DNA of 60,098 bases, the filler included, from Sphacelaria rigidula (Eukaryota), in the NCBI GenBank assembly GCA_964200075.2. It is 7 parts of 7 records of this genome, joined end to end, with 100 filler letters (N's around TTAATTAATTAA, not from the genome) between each part and the next. Parts side by side here need not be neighbours in the genome. Positions count along the whole stretch, not along the records: positions 17,202 to 25,701 come from CAXNAA020010961.1; positions 25,802 to 34,301 come from CAXNAA020010962.1; positions 34,402 to 42,901 come from CAXNAA020010963.1; 4 more parts are not named here. One strand, written 5' to 3'. Under the pieces are notes generated by a model. That model was not told the DNA's origin. It saw nothing but the letters and a program-made list of their open reading frames with translations, and did no database searches. The position numbers and the translations under genes were made by a program. This document shows positions 22,141 to 34,621 of this stretch, piece after piece. Positions within the stretch are counted from its first letter, which is position 1, and each line of letters begins with the position of its first letter.

Positions 22141-22517
22141 CACCAACGTCCCGAGTAAGGTGTAGTGGTTGAGAACGGTTTTTCTATCAATGAGGACCTC
22201 AAGCCACAGGGTTATAGGTAGCCCCCACATGGGGTCGACGGGATCATACTTCTGTTTTCCTGGGTGCCACCAGCCTGCGACGCCGAGGATGCCAAGGTGG
22301 TCGCATCCGATTTCGAACTTGAAACTTGAAACGCGTCCTCATGAATCTCTCCAGATTCCATGCGACCTCCTTGACTTCCTCAGCGTCGCAGGCTGACGCA
22401 ATTATGAGCCCGTCGACCTTCTGTGTGAGGTGCCCATAGCCCTGTGCCTTGAGGTTCCCACGGATGAGGAAGCCGTTCTCAACCACTATACAGGCCGCTC
22501 GATCTGGGATGTTGATG
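22141..22517. ncRNA. Candidate pre-miRNA / long hairpin RNA
   Basis: Inner stem 22271-22306 with 22360-22395 (32 of 36 complementary); outer stem about 22161-22251 with 22400-22490; basal stem at 22141/22517. Single copy in the window, no TSD. Confidence 0.45.
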
Positions 22518-22718
22518 GATATCGCTGGGGCCGACATATAAATATACCTGCGCTCCTCTTTTGCGAAGGACCGCTGGTCTGATTTCGCGACAATTGTCAG
22601 ATTATTTAATTATTTTTCGATCCATGATTGCCTTCCCCTTGTCCAAAGCCCCCCAAAACAGAAAAGAAAAGCATCCCAACCCATCCACATCCTGTCCCAT
22701 CCAACCTAATATAATTTA

Positions 22719-23692
22719 CAAGGGTAGGTCGAGTAGAGTATACTCAATACTCAGTACTTTTGAAGAGTCATACTTTTAGTATGCGAAGTTTGAGTAGAGT
22801 ATTTGAGGCCGTATTCAACGTACTCAAAATTTGAGCAGAGCATTTGAGGTCGAACTCGACCTACTCACAATTTGAGTAGAGTAGTGTAGGCCGTACTCAA
22901 CCTACTCAAAATTTGAGGAGAGTATTTGAGTTCGTACTCAACCTACCCGAAATTTGAGTAGAGTATCGTAGGCCGGGCCCGATGTACCGAAACCTATAAC
23001 TTCAACGCCTTCCTTCCTCTGGCGACTGTTGCGATGTTTCCCCGTGTTACATTGTTTCCACCGCTGACTCTTCCATGGAGAAGTCACATTTGTGGCCAGT
23101 AGAGTTGTTCATTTCGATAATACCTACTCGACTACTCCTCTATTCGATTACTCGATGATGATGGGTAGCGCTCTCTACTGAAAGTGATACCGAAGGCGTT
23201 GCGAGGTATCGAGTATGAACTGCCGTGGGTGGGGACTGGTGAGATGGAGCGCTGGGGCAGGGAGGTTCGTTCACCTGCACGCTTTTTTTTATTTTTTTTC
23301 TGCCATCATTCGCTCATACTTCTTGTTGGCTGTGATGTGATGCCGCCAATCTAGTTGATGGCCATCGTTCGCCCTTGCACTCAACATAGTCTGTAAAGTG
23401 AGGTCACGAAGTCGTCGACTGTCAGGGGTACTCTGTCCTCCAGCATTACTGAGAGTGCTCACTCAATATTTGAGTATTTTAGATCGTACGCGATCTACTC
23501 CAAATTTGAGTAGAGTATTGAGGTCATACTCAAGTGATACTCTATATTCGAGTATTACTGAGAGTGCTTACTCAATATATTTGAGTAGAGTGTTTGAGGC
23601 CGTACTCGACCTACTCAAAGGTCGAGTAAATTAAATACTTGAGCATTTTACTCGAGTACTCAAAAGTGCATACTCTAGTCGACCTACCCTTG
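22719..23692. mobile_element. hAT element (CAAGGGTAGG family) with ~39-bp repeats and an unrelated central insert
   Basis: Both TIRs present (CAAGGGTAGGTCGA / TCGACCTACCCTTG); TSD not convincing; about 22980-23430 is foreign to the 6663-7206 copy. Confidence 0.75.
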
Positions 23693-23930
23693 AACATTCA
23701 TATACACAAATATGTGAAAGTCATGAAACTACCCGGAAATACTGAGAAAAATATGAGATTGAGAACAGAACAGAAATTGGCCGTTTGCAAATAAAATAAA
23801 TTACACCCTGCAAATTGAAGCAGATGCGCTTCGAGCAGGTAACACACACGAGCAGAGAACGGCACACCGTAGATCATGCCATCTGTTGCACAGTATGTCA
23901 GGGGAATCGAACCTTCTCTGAATATAATAA

Positions 23931-24350
23931 TATAGTAGTGTTCAGCTGAAATACGGGGTTTTTTATATTTTTTTCGTAGTCGGCGATTTTCAAAAGTGTT
24001 TTCACGAGCCACCGCTCATCGAAGTGATTGTTTGATCCCAATGTTTGGGGATTAGCAGACACTAGAAATCCGCTCCACATCCCGAAACGAATGCATCGCC
24101 GCACCAAACATTGATTGACTTACGGGCGGGCCGGTTTTCGGCGGTCCTACGCCTACCCAACCCCAGGTTCTGACCCTTCAGCATTTTTGCTCGTTTGAAG
24201 CAATCATGATCGTTCTCGTGAACGAATAAAATTGATTTTTGTTCTCAAGGTCAACCTTTCCATTGCGCAAGGCCCGAAAAACTGTATGTTTCGGATAGTA
24301 GTGTTCACCAATTGGTCGATCAAAACCTCCCCGGAGTGTTCTCACTCAAT
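23931..24350. mobile_element. Fragment related to 1300-2180 and the CAGTAGT MITE family
   Basis: TAGTAGTGTTCAGCTGAAATA...TTTTCGTAGTCGGC...GCCACCGCTCATC matches 1301-1400; CCCCAGGTTCTGACCCTT matches the reverse complement of 1948-1965. Confidence 0.6.
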
Positions 24351-24831
24351 TTGAGTGTAAACAGCGATTTTCGGATCTTTAGCTGGGCTGATAGCCCCAA
24401 CTGCCCCTCGCGTGCGCAGATTGCGTTTTTATCAAAACTGGCGCCTGCGGCGCCATTTTGAGGTCTGCCAACGCCACACTTTGTGGGGGGAATGCTCCGC
24501 ACCCCCTTGCCCGAGGGTTCTCGGTATGCCTTGGGTTGGGGTTAGGGTTATTCAAAACAATGTGTTTCCGAGAAAACATCTTCATCGACCAAGTGGTGAA
24601 CACCCCTCGGTTTGGACCGTTGACGGTCGATATCACCCCCTGATGAACGAGGTACCTACTCGGTATCAACTTGACAACACCAAGTAAGGATCGCTTCCTG
24701 ATGACGACCTGCTTCTTTTCCTAATATTTGTCGACGCTAGGACTTTCGAGTGCCAAGAAATAATACTACTTATGAAAATGGAGAGAAGTACTCAGAAGCA
24801 AAAATTGTCCAACCGAGCTCTGCATAGCACC

Positions 24832-25385
24832 GGGAGGAAAGGTACTCATATCATGCATGCCATAGTCACAAGGTCATTGACCTCGCATCCCTACAAAGCC
24901 GGGGCGGAGCACGCCGGGTTTTCGCCGGATCAGGTCGCACTCCATCACCAAGCGCGAAGCCCCGTGGTGTGTTCGGCGAGTCGCATGGAGGGTGAGCTGG
25001 ATCCTGCTAAGATTATACGGCCCGAAGCTTGCTGATTATCTTGTCATCTGGATGACAACCTCAAATGTGTTGCATTATCTTCTGTTATCGCCACTTCCAG
25101 AGACAGCCACGGCTCATACACTGCCTCATGGGTGTCTCACCATGCAAACACTACGTAGCACGCTCATGCCGCACAGTATGATACTAGCGCGACTTCCATC
25201 ATGGTTACCGCAACAAAAAAAACGCAAGGGCGCAAAACAAAAAACGGTAGCCTGGTTGCCTAGCTTCCCCAGTGTGTGGTGTGTTTTCTATAGCGTCATC
25301 GCCAACCGACGCCAACCCCATTGGGGGTCCGCCCCTACAAAGCCGGGACGGAGCACGCGGGGTTCTCGAAGGGGGCGAGTGAAAC
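24832..25385 (+). mobile_element. Repeat family A, near full length
   Basis: Colinear with 52788-53305 over about 500 bp; direct repeat CCCTACAAAGCCGGG.CGGAGCACGC at about 24889 and 25333. Confidence 0.8.
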
Positions 25386-25701
25386 ATCCACACGTCAGAT
25401 GGATTAGCTCGTGACAGATCCGGGTCAACTCATTTGGGGCATAGATCACAATCTGTCCGAGGTGTGCTGTCACCCGTGCACTTTTGTCCGATGCTGATCC
25501 GTAGGAACCACTTGACCCGTACATATTTGCCGAGCGACGAGCTGTACGACCCGCTTCACACACACACTTCCGTGTACAACTGATCTGTAGAACTGTGTTA
25601 TTTGTACAGCATCACATAGTTTTGATTTACTTCCTCCAACACACAAGTTAAGTCGGTTATGGGCTTTCGATCGTTTGCGCATTCAAACTCTTCTGATCAT
25701 C

Positions 25702-25801
25702 NNNNNNNNNNNNNNNNNNNNNNNNNNNNNNNNNNNNNNNNNNNNTTAATTAATTAANNNNNNNNNNNNNNNNNNNNNNNNNNNNNNNNNNNNNNNNNNN
25801 N
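25702..25801. other. Artificial contig linker
   Basis: N44-TTAATTAATTAA-N44. Confidence 0.99.
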
Positions 25802-28800
25802 CGTGCAAACAAAACCCCCCCCCCCCCCCTATCGTAGGATGACTCTCAACATCCCAACTCGTTACTGCGCTCTACAGGAAGATGGATTGCGTTGTTGAGC
25901 TTCGAGCGCAGACATTGCCAGTGTAAGGTCAGCCTACATTTTGCCCAGCACAGTAGGCCGCCGGTGGATTCCGTTCACTGCAATGTATCTGTGGTCTCAA
26001 CCCATTCAGAGCCGAGTCTGTATCCCAGTAACACGATGCCATGATCGCAGGTCTTGCTATGAGGGGAAAAAACGCCAATCCATCCTCCACTAAATTACAC
26101 TGTATCCATAACACTACGGTCACTCCTGGCGGAAGCGGAAATACGGGGAGATGTGTAATCATACTTATTTGAGTACAAATACAGCGTCAAATTTTTGCAT
26201 TCCCGGTTTTCCGCGTTGAGCGGGAAACCCGAGCTCACGTGCCGCATAGCATTCGCCCACCCGCGCGACAGCCTTGGGGTGCCTCGTGTTTATTCCAGGA
26301 AACCATCGCAGACAACAGTACTTCCAAAGCATTGAGTGCATGTTTTGCTGAGCTTTTCCTGTGCCCGAAATTTCTGTACTCCAAAATCCGCGGGAAATTA
26401 GCTCCCTGTTACTCTGTTTGACGCCACAGGTACTTTCGTGGGCACATACGAGAAGTCCGTACGGATGGAGGGCGCACAGATCCGCGAGCAAGATCCCTGC
26501 ACTTCGACCTTTACAAGCGAACGAGGCGAAAGGCGCTAGATTTATGGTTGGAAGCTGTGGAGAGTGTTCGTCGACCGGTTCCCGACGGCACGGCTTGGCC
26601 TCCACGGGAAGAAACAGGAATAGGGCATGTGCCGTGCCTGCTATGGTACTCCAATTGCTGGTACTGCGCAGTCGCGAGCGTGTGCGACACAACAGAACCA
26701 GCCGCTCTCGAAGTGAGCGAGCTCTGATATTTTCGACTAGATTTTGCGTTCTGATCTATGGATGTATGGTAGACCCGGAACGTGTTCACCTTATCCCCAA
26801 GCTCTTCAGCCGCGAATGAACATTTTTACTGTACGGTATGTACGTTGATTCATCAGATGACGCAGACAAAGTCGACCACTCTCCAGGCCATTAATTTAAG
26901 AAGGAGTGCGCTCGGCGGCGAGCGTGCGTGAGTAGATCGGCCGTCATGTAGCGATAGCTACCACGAATCGGTCCTACTGCCGACGGAGTTCTCCTCAAAG
27001 GTACTTGGCGCACCATGCACCATGTCAAGAACACTGAAGGATTGACGACAAGACAAAATCAGAACATCCAGGGATGGTGCGACACAATTATCGTGTTTTC
27101 CCCCGATCACTCTAGCTACCCATCGCGAGTGTTACGTAGCGAAAAGCAGAAGTACATGAGCACTTATCGGTGGAAAATGACCATTGCTATGCCACGAAAA
27201 TAACAGATACCGCAGTTCAGTACACATCTAACAGCATTGCCCGTCATACTCTGTCCTCTAGGTGGAATTCCTGGGTTACGCGCACAGTATGGCACTGGAC
27301 CCTCAGGATTCGCGGCTAAGGCATGCGGTGGGTTTATCAAAACGCTTTACACTGTAGTCGTCATCGGATGTGATTGCGATTTTCACAGACTCTGCGCTTT
27401 TGGGGAATAACAATAACAATGACGATGACAATTGTGATCATAATAAATGTGACAATGACAATAATGTGTCAGGTGTACAGCGTCCGCACGGTCGGGGGCA
27501 AAGGTATCACATCCACTATTATAAATGCCATGGCGGCATGGGATCGAAAACTCGAGCGCATCCTGACGTGTGAAGCATGACAAAATGCGGAACACGGTTC
27601 TTCATAGCGCTTTACCCACACATTCCCCTCACGCAAAAGCGGTGTCATTGCTTTCAGAACAGGATATCTCCACGCAATGCTCAAGTAGAAACATCGCTTT
27701 ATCATATTGCACCGCCGCGAAGCATGGGACAGAGGCAGCGATCTGGATCTCTTCAGACCGAAACATATGCCTTCCGGGGGGGGGGAAATTGCAAACCTTT
27801 TGACCGACCGGTAGCACGATGTGCTTGCGGCAACAAAGTAGAAACTATACCGGAAGAGGGAAAACCTCGCCCGAGTTGGTGGGGGCAGCGCGTGCAGCAT
27901 CGTACACTAACGCCCCACCCGCGAAACAGTTGGACCGTCGGTGTGGGACTAGCCCTTCTTCAGCTGGCATCATTATCACCATAATTATTCATTACTATGA
28001 TTTTTATTACTAGTAGCATTAGCATCAGTATTAGTATTATTATCATTTCCTATTTTTTGTCATCATGATTCTTGTTATTGTCATTATTAATATCATTATT
28101 TCCATACTTCTTGTTCTTATTTCTACAGGCTTTTCTGATCTCCCCTGATCGCATACCTTGATGGATTTGCCGCGATGTGTGTGTTTTGCATACCCTGGGA
28201 CCAGCAAAGCGGAATCGGATGGCCCATTCATGGGAGACGTTCTGTGTAGCACTCGTTGTGTAACACCCAGCCAGCAATGTACTCAGCAGTGCCTCGCCTT
28301 CTTTGTTGACCGCAAGGTTCTGGACAAAAGGGGTGGACGCGATGAAATTAACGAGGAGGTGCTCAGGGGGATATTCCCGCAGGTGAGATTGGACCGATAA
28401 TATTTGCTCAACGAAGTCAACCGGGCCATATTCATGAGTGCTGGATATTGTGAGTTCATCAGCGGGCTATCTCATAGGACCATAGGGAGAAATGGTGAAT
28501 TCGAGAAAAACTGCCTTCAAGACATCAAGGTCAACAGCGACGGTATTCTCTTGTCAACAAGCACCACATTGCAATAAACAACTGCACTCACGGTTTTGCT
28601 TCCCGAAATTTTCCCGACCTCTCAATTATTTCCATGTCCCACCTACTGGTTATGGCAATACAGGGATGTAAATGTAGCTCTTTCCCATGCCGATTCACCG
28701 CAAAGACGAGGTTATGCCTCCCGTGTGACACATACAAAATTACGGCTACGGGGGGTCATCTCTCTGCGGGAGGCCATCTCTATACAAGACACTGCAAAAT

Positions 28801-30023
28801 TATGAAATATAAATGAAGTGACAACCGGATCTACCGCGATGTTCTGGGTTGTGACCACCGGCTTTGTTTTCTCACTCAGACAGGAGATCGTGTTCGGGTG
28901 CACTACATGGACGCCGACGAATCCGCGGTATTTTCGCGGGAGGGTTACTTTCTGGCGGGAATAATCGTGGCGCCCGACGTCGTGCATGACAGCTGTTTTG
29001 TGGAGGTGGGAGGTAGGAGGTAGGAGGAAGGAGGTAGGTAGGACACATCGGAGAGGGAAGAGGGGTGGTACATGAGAAGACACGTCGTGGCTGACGAAAT
29101 CAATCGAGAGAAGGCACGATGCCTTTGCTCTTGTGTCGGAATACCTGTCAGTTTCTTGGCTTCGTACAGGTTGTATGGCCATGAGGGACCGTGGATTTAT
29201 CGCTAACTCCAAGTTATATTGTGTGGACACCACTCTATGGCATATGATTTCCGAGAGTCCTTAAACTCTGTTCTTGCACTATCGCTAAGGGCGCCTGCCT
29301 CTGTCAGCTCTTTCCTCGGCGCACAATCTGTCAAGCTACTGGAGTATTACGGGAAAAGCAAGCGATGAACCTCACGCCAAAAACTTGTCTTTGACTACTG
29401 TTGCGCGCCGTGCATGGGGACAGCCGCCGACATCAGAGTGCATCGGCTGGCAGTTTATGTACTGGATACTACTGAATACTATTTTACCTTCTTTTGTAGG
29501 TATGGCGTTCGGCACACTGAGATGCCGTGCCTGTTTGCAGTAAGAAACACGGGAGAGAAAATTGTGGCGTAAATTTTCCAAGTCAAAAGAAATGGCTTAA
29601 GAAAATCGGCGACCTTTTTGGTCACGTACGGATGCTTGTGTACTAGACACGAGTCCGCGTTTGCACCGACCGTGGCGTATGAACGACCGAAATACTAAGC
29701 AGGCGGAGCAGTATCAGCACCAGCACCAGCCAGGTGCATAAGCGAAAGTACAGGTGACGAACAACTTTTGATTATCTTGCAAAAAACATGCAAAAATTAC
29801 CTACAATGCTACCCGAGTCAGACATGAAGGTTGGGCCGTGTACATTACATGCACTGATTCATTGATTCATTGGTTGACTGTCGCACGCGTATCTCGTGCA
29901 GACACACTCACACCTGTTGACTCGTACTACCCAGAGTCCTACAGATCATTTCGGAAAATCTGGATGAGTGTGACGTGAATCCTACGAGGTATTTTTAAAA
30001 ATAGGACACGAGTGACTCATGTT

Positions 30024-31716
30024 TAGAGGTGGGCACCGGATATCAAAAAAAAAAACGGTTACCGGACAAGAGGCGTTATTTTCAAAAACAAAAAACTGGT
30101 ACAACCGTTTTTTTTCATCCGGTTTAACCGGTTCACCGGGAAAACGATTTTACCTGATGGCAAGGGAAAAACGCCTCCAAACCATCGAAGCACAGGTGAA
30201 TTAGGCATTCTTGTCGTATGTTTGGTGTGTGGTGGGTGATGGATACGCTCGAACACACCCATCACCGGTGACGGCAAGGTTCAACCTTACACCCCCGCAC
30301 TCCGCACCCGTGCAACACCTGTCGAACTTCACAGCACAGTGGCAGGTGACTGGTAACAAAAAAAAATCATGCGTGATAGGAAATGGTGTTGGCGATTACT
30401 TGATTGCTTGGACAGCTGCTGTTCAAATCTGGCACCTAACCCTAGCCAACACAGGGTGTCGAAAGTCGAAAAGAAAAGCTATACTCTGGAATAGTAGATA
30501 GTAGTAGGCACCTGAAATGTTATTTTTCTAATTTCTTCGTCATTGGCGATGTTCGTAAGCTCTTTCGCTTGTCACCGCCCATCACACTGGGGATCTGAAG
30601 ATACTTGTATCCGCTCCACGTTCAATAATAACAAAAATCATCTGTACTCAACATTAAGTGACTTACGGACTGACCGGTCATCGGGGGCCCTGCAAGTTTC
30701 AGCACAAGTTCTGGTTTTTGGGAATTTTCGGTCGATCGAGCCTGTCCCGATCGTTGTTGTGAAGAACTGCACAGGTTTATTTTTTTGAAATTTTACCTAC
30801 TCACTGCACCAGAGCCGAAAAACTGTGTTTCGCGGTCAATAAAACAACCAACCAACCAATCAATCAAATCAATCAATCAATACCCTCCTTATAAACGGGA
30901 TATCTGCTCGTATCGCCCGATAACACCAATTATCACTAACTTGGGCACTGCTTTTTTGAGGATTATCTGTTTTTTTTACCAAAATTTACCGACGCTAGCA
31001 CTTTGAAGCTCTATCGAAGAGTAGTATGCGAGAATACCATCCTGAACAACAGTTCAGGCGCCCAGTACTGTATGCACCCCACACCCCGCCCGCCCCTGCA
31101 ACCTAATGCCCAACAATACGAGGGAGGAGCAGGGGTCATGCCATTCCTCAACTTTGCGTGGAAAAAGCGTACCGCTCCTGTGTCGAAAAACAACAAAACA
31201 GGGGACAACGGAAAACCCACACTGGACGCTGCAAACCACGCCAAACCACGCAAACACACCCTCTCCATGGGCAATTTCGCCCTACAGAATGAACGAGGAC
31301 GCAATAATCGTACAATAGCGATGGGCGACAAGACATCGCATCAACTTTTGTCAGGAAGAAACACCAACATCGTTTCCCAGTGAGGAAACAAAAGCAGATC
31401 TTCGGCGTAAACAGAAGTTCACGCCTATTCCTTTTGCCTAAAAAACGCGCAGTCTGACTCTATGTGTGAGGGTGACGTGTAGTGTGATGTGTAGCGTGTG
31501 ACGTGTCGTATGTCACGCTCTCGCTACCAACTTCAAACTTCGCAATTGAACCGGTTCAAACGATTCACCGGAGAAACCGGTTTAACCGCCATAAGAACGC
31601 CTTCTTTTGCCGGTTAAACCGGTTTTCCGGTGAACCGGTTTAACCGGCGAAAAAAACTGCAGTTTTTTCAATTTCAGAACCGTAACCGGTTTTTTCTTTG
31701 CAAGTGCCCACCTCCA
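30024..31716. mobile_element. hAT non-autonomous element with AACCGG subterminal motifs
   Basis: TIR TAGAGGTGGGCAC / GTGCCCACCTCCA; perfect 8-bp TSD CTCATGTT (30016-30023 and 31717-31724). Confidence 0.9.
30499..31070. mobile_element. Tc1/mariner-type MITE (CAGTAGTGGGCG family), diverged, nested in hAT
   Basis: Body colinear with 31726-32274; right end CGCCCAGTACTG|TA; contains a (CAAC/CAAT)n stub at about 30843-30880. Confidence 0.8.
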
Positions 31717-31725
31717 CTCATGTTA

Positions 31726-32274
31726 CAGTAGTGGGCGGTTGAACTATTCATCTTGTGGCATTGTGTGATTTTTTCGTAATTGGCGATTTTCTCGGGCTCT
31801 TTTTGCTTGCCACCGCTTATCATATTTGCGATCTGAAGATATTTGTATCCGCTCCACATTCCAAGAAAAAAACGTTATCTGCACTCAATATTGAGTTACT
31901 TACGGGCTGACTGGTCATCGGGGGTCCTGCCGTGTTTCAGCCCAGATTCTTACTCTTCGGTATTTTCGGTCGATCGAGCCTATCCCGATCATATTTGTGA
32001 AGAAATGTACAGTTTTATTTTCTTGAGATTTTATCTACTCATTGCACCACAGCCAAAAAACTGTGTTTCACGGTCAATAACACCCTCCTGATAAACGGGG
32101 TATTTACTCGTATCGCCCGAAAACACCAACTCACTTTGACTTGGGCACTGTGTTCCGAGGATGATCTGCTTACTCTGTCAATATCTACCGATGCTAGCAA
32201 TTTCGAGTTCCAACGAGGAGTAGTACGCGAGAAAATCCCAAAACACCCCTGAATAGTTAGACCGCCCAGTACTA
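31726..32274. mobile_element. Tc1/mariner-type MITE (CAGTAGTGGGCG family), complete
   Basis: TA|CAGTAGTGGGCGGTTGAACTATTCA ... TGAATAGTTAGACCGCCCAGTACTA|TA. Confidence 0.9.
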
Positions 32275-33459
32275 TATCTGGAGTCACATTGCACAAAGAG
32301 GGAGTAGTGTGACTCCAATCGTGCGAGTTATCTTCGGGAAATCAGACACCAATTTAACGGGGTGAGGGCGAGTAAAATGAGAAATGTTGAAAATTGCGAC
32401 AAATATGAGGTACGGTACCTGCAGGGAAATGATTAAATGTATTTCGGCAGAAGATCCATCTTTCGGATAATCGAATCTAGCGGAACGGTCCATGTGCAGA
32501 TCCTTAGGACGTTTCTAATGGTGATATTGATGATATGGGGTGCCGTTTCATCATGCCTTCCCGTCACACTTGGTTGGAATATAACTATATGTTATTCATC
32601 TCTTTTATGTGGGTATTTCCTGCCTTGCACCGCTCACACTCGGATGCTTGACGATTTTTTTACGAGAGCAGAATGTCAGGGAAATGGTATGTATGAATGT
32701 AAGCAATCAGACACAGATTTACCTTTGTTGACGATTGCAGCAACTAGTCTCAGTCTGGGCAGTAACAGCAGTAGCAGGACAGGTGCAACCAAGAGAAGGA
32801 TCTGACTAGTACACGGGTTGCTGTATCTCCGTGGAACTTGCTGTAAGTATGCTGAATTCTTCTGGAAACACTTCCAGAACGTTCTTCGTAGGTCTAGATG
32901 ATTCTGGATTCTGTATATGTGGGGGAGTGTTGGAATATTCAATGTCAGTCATTGGTAACGACTACTATCTATCGTAGGTTATCGTAAACAAGTAAGAAAT
33001 CATTTGAGTGTTCCAGAAATAGTCTGCGGTACATTATGTTTTCAGAACAAGTTGTCGGGGGATTAATCGGGAGTTATCGGTTGTAATATCCCGCGAGTGT
33101 TCTAGACGTGTGGAAGTTCTGGAAGTTCATTAACTGATCGGTAGGCTTGAACACTTGGTGCTCGCCCACCTGATCACTCCTCTACTACTTCTCTTCTTCA
33201 TCACCATGAGCGAAAACTTGACTTCGGGAGTCAGTTAATAATAAACATCTTCATTTCTTCAGTCAAATTCTCTCATGGATCAAACCTTGGCCCGAGTGTA
33301 ACATAATCCTCCGCGGTAGGCTACTCAGTCTACAAAGCACACGCAGCACAGCACCGTTGCAGCTGCAGGATGCTTTACACTCTCACAGGAGTCGCACAAA
33401 CAAAGCCAGAGCTGATCTTGGGTCAATGCCATGCGCGAAATCCCCAACTCCGACGACTA

Positions 33460-33730
33460 ACGTGACTCGAATTTTACGGATACGGAAGAACAGGGACGAG
33501 TGTGACTTGAGTCATCTTGGAAAATAAGAACGAGTTGATTCGAATCCTACGAGTCGTTTCGGACAAAAATATGCACGAGTATGACTCGTGCCCTACAAGT
33601 TATTTCGGAAAATAAGCACGAGTCTGTCTCGAGTCCTGCAAGTCATTTCGGACAATAATATAAACGAGTATAACTCGAGCCGTAAAATTTATTTCGGAAG
33701 ATAAGCACGAGTCTGACTCGAGTCACACCA
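33460..33730 (+). repeat. ~42-bp minisatellite
   Basis: Units like CACGAGTCTGACTCGAGTCCTACAAGTCATTTCGGAAAATAAG, about 6 diverged copies; the same units occur at about 29915-30020. Confidence 0.75.
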
Positions 33731-34301
33731 GTTGGACTCTAATTTATCTAACAGGAACAAATGGTTGGGTCCGGAGGGGGTACACGACATCGTTTGAGTG
33801 ATAGCCCAGAATAGACTTTCTCGCTAACTGGTCGATATTGCCAGTCTGCCGGCAGGAACCCTATCGACGTACATTGCGGTCCGGTTGGCTCTGGATGCTC
33901 TGCACCAGAGAGCACTCAACGCTTGGCTCCGTTCACTTGCCTGCCTTGCGTGCGACGAGATGCGGCCGTGCATGCTGCGGTAATAGCCATTTCTTCGACC
34001 TGATTGCGTTATCGCAACAGGGTAACCGTATAGTGCAATGGCCCGGGTTACGTTTAAACTTTAGGTTCAAGGCTATGCTAGCTCAAACACTCCAACAGCT
34101 TACCTGCCCCGACGAACCTTCGACATCACTCGGAACTATCTGCGGAACCCCCTTGGGTTATGCAAGACACAGGAACAAGCCTGCAGACGGAATCTTCTCC
34201 GCGGATCTATCCCAAACATTTGTGTGTGAACCCTCAAAGGATTCATGCTACGATAGGGCGCGGGGGGGGGGGGGGGGGGGTGCCTTTTTTTTGTTTGGCT
34301 T

Positions 34302-34401
34302 NNNNNNNNNNNNNNNNNNNNNNNNNNNNNNNNNNNNNNNNNNNNTTAATTAATTAANNNNNNNNNNNNNNNNNNNNNNNNNNNNNNNNNNNNNNNNNNN
34401 N
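34302..34401. other. Artificial contig linker
   Basis: N44-TTAATTAATTAA-N44. Confidence 0.99.
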
Positions 34402-34621
34402 GGTCGACTCATCATACTAAAACCAAGTAATTACCAGACGAATCAATATTTGTCCGACCCTTGGATTGATTCGTCTGGCATTTCATGATTCGCTACAAAA
34501 TGACCATCTTCTGTTCCCGGTGTTCCCCGCATAAAACTATGCCGTGTGCCTGCAGCTAAACGTCGATCTCCTCCTCAAGGTATCAGGGGCTCCAGTGGTA
34601 AGCTCCTACGGAAAGCGTGTA

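Noticed and set aside
22244-22537. 97-aa minus-strand ORF as a protein gene
   Set aside because: No family motif was recognised and it is explained by the hairpin arms; noted only as a possible coding ancestor.
24636-24670. Hammerhead ribozyme (CTGATGA followed by a stem; also checked near 12530, 39604 and 51188)
   Set aside because: The required GAAA after a closed stem II and a matching stem III/NUH site are missing.
32308-33303. Solo LTR (TGT start, AATAAA, TGTAACA end)
   Set aside because: No matching TSD, primer-binding site or second copy was found, and the 5' boundary is ambiguous.
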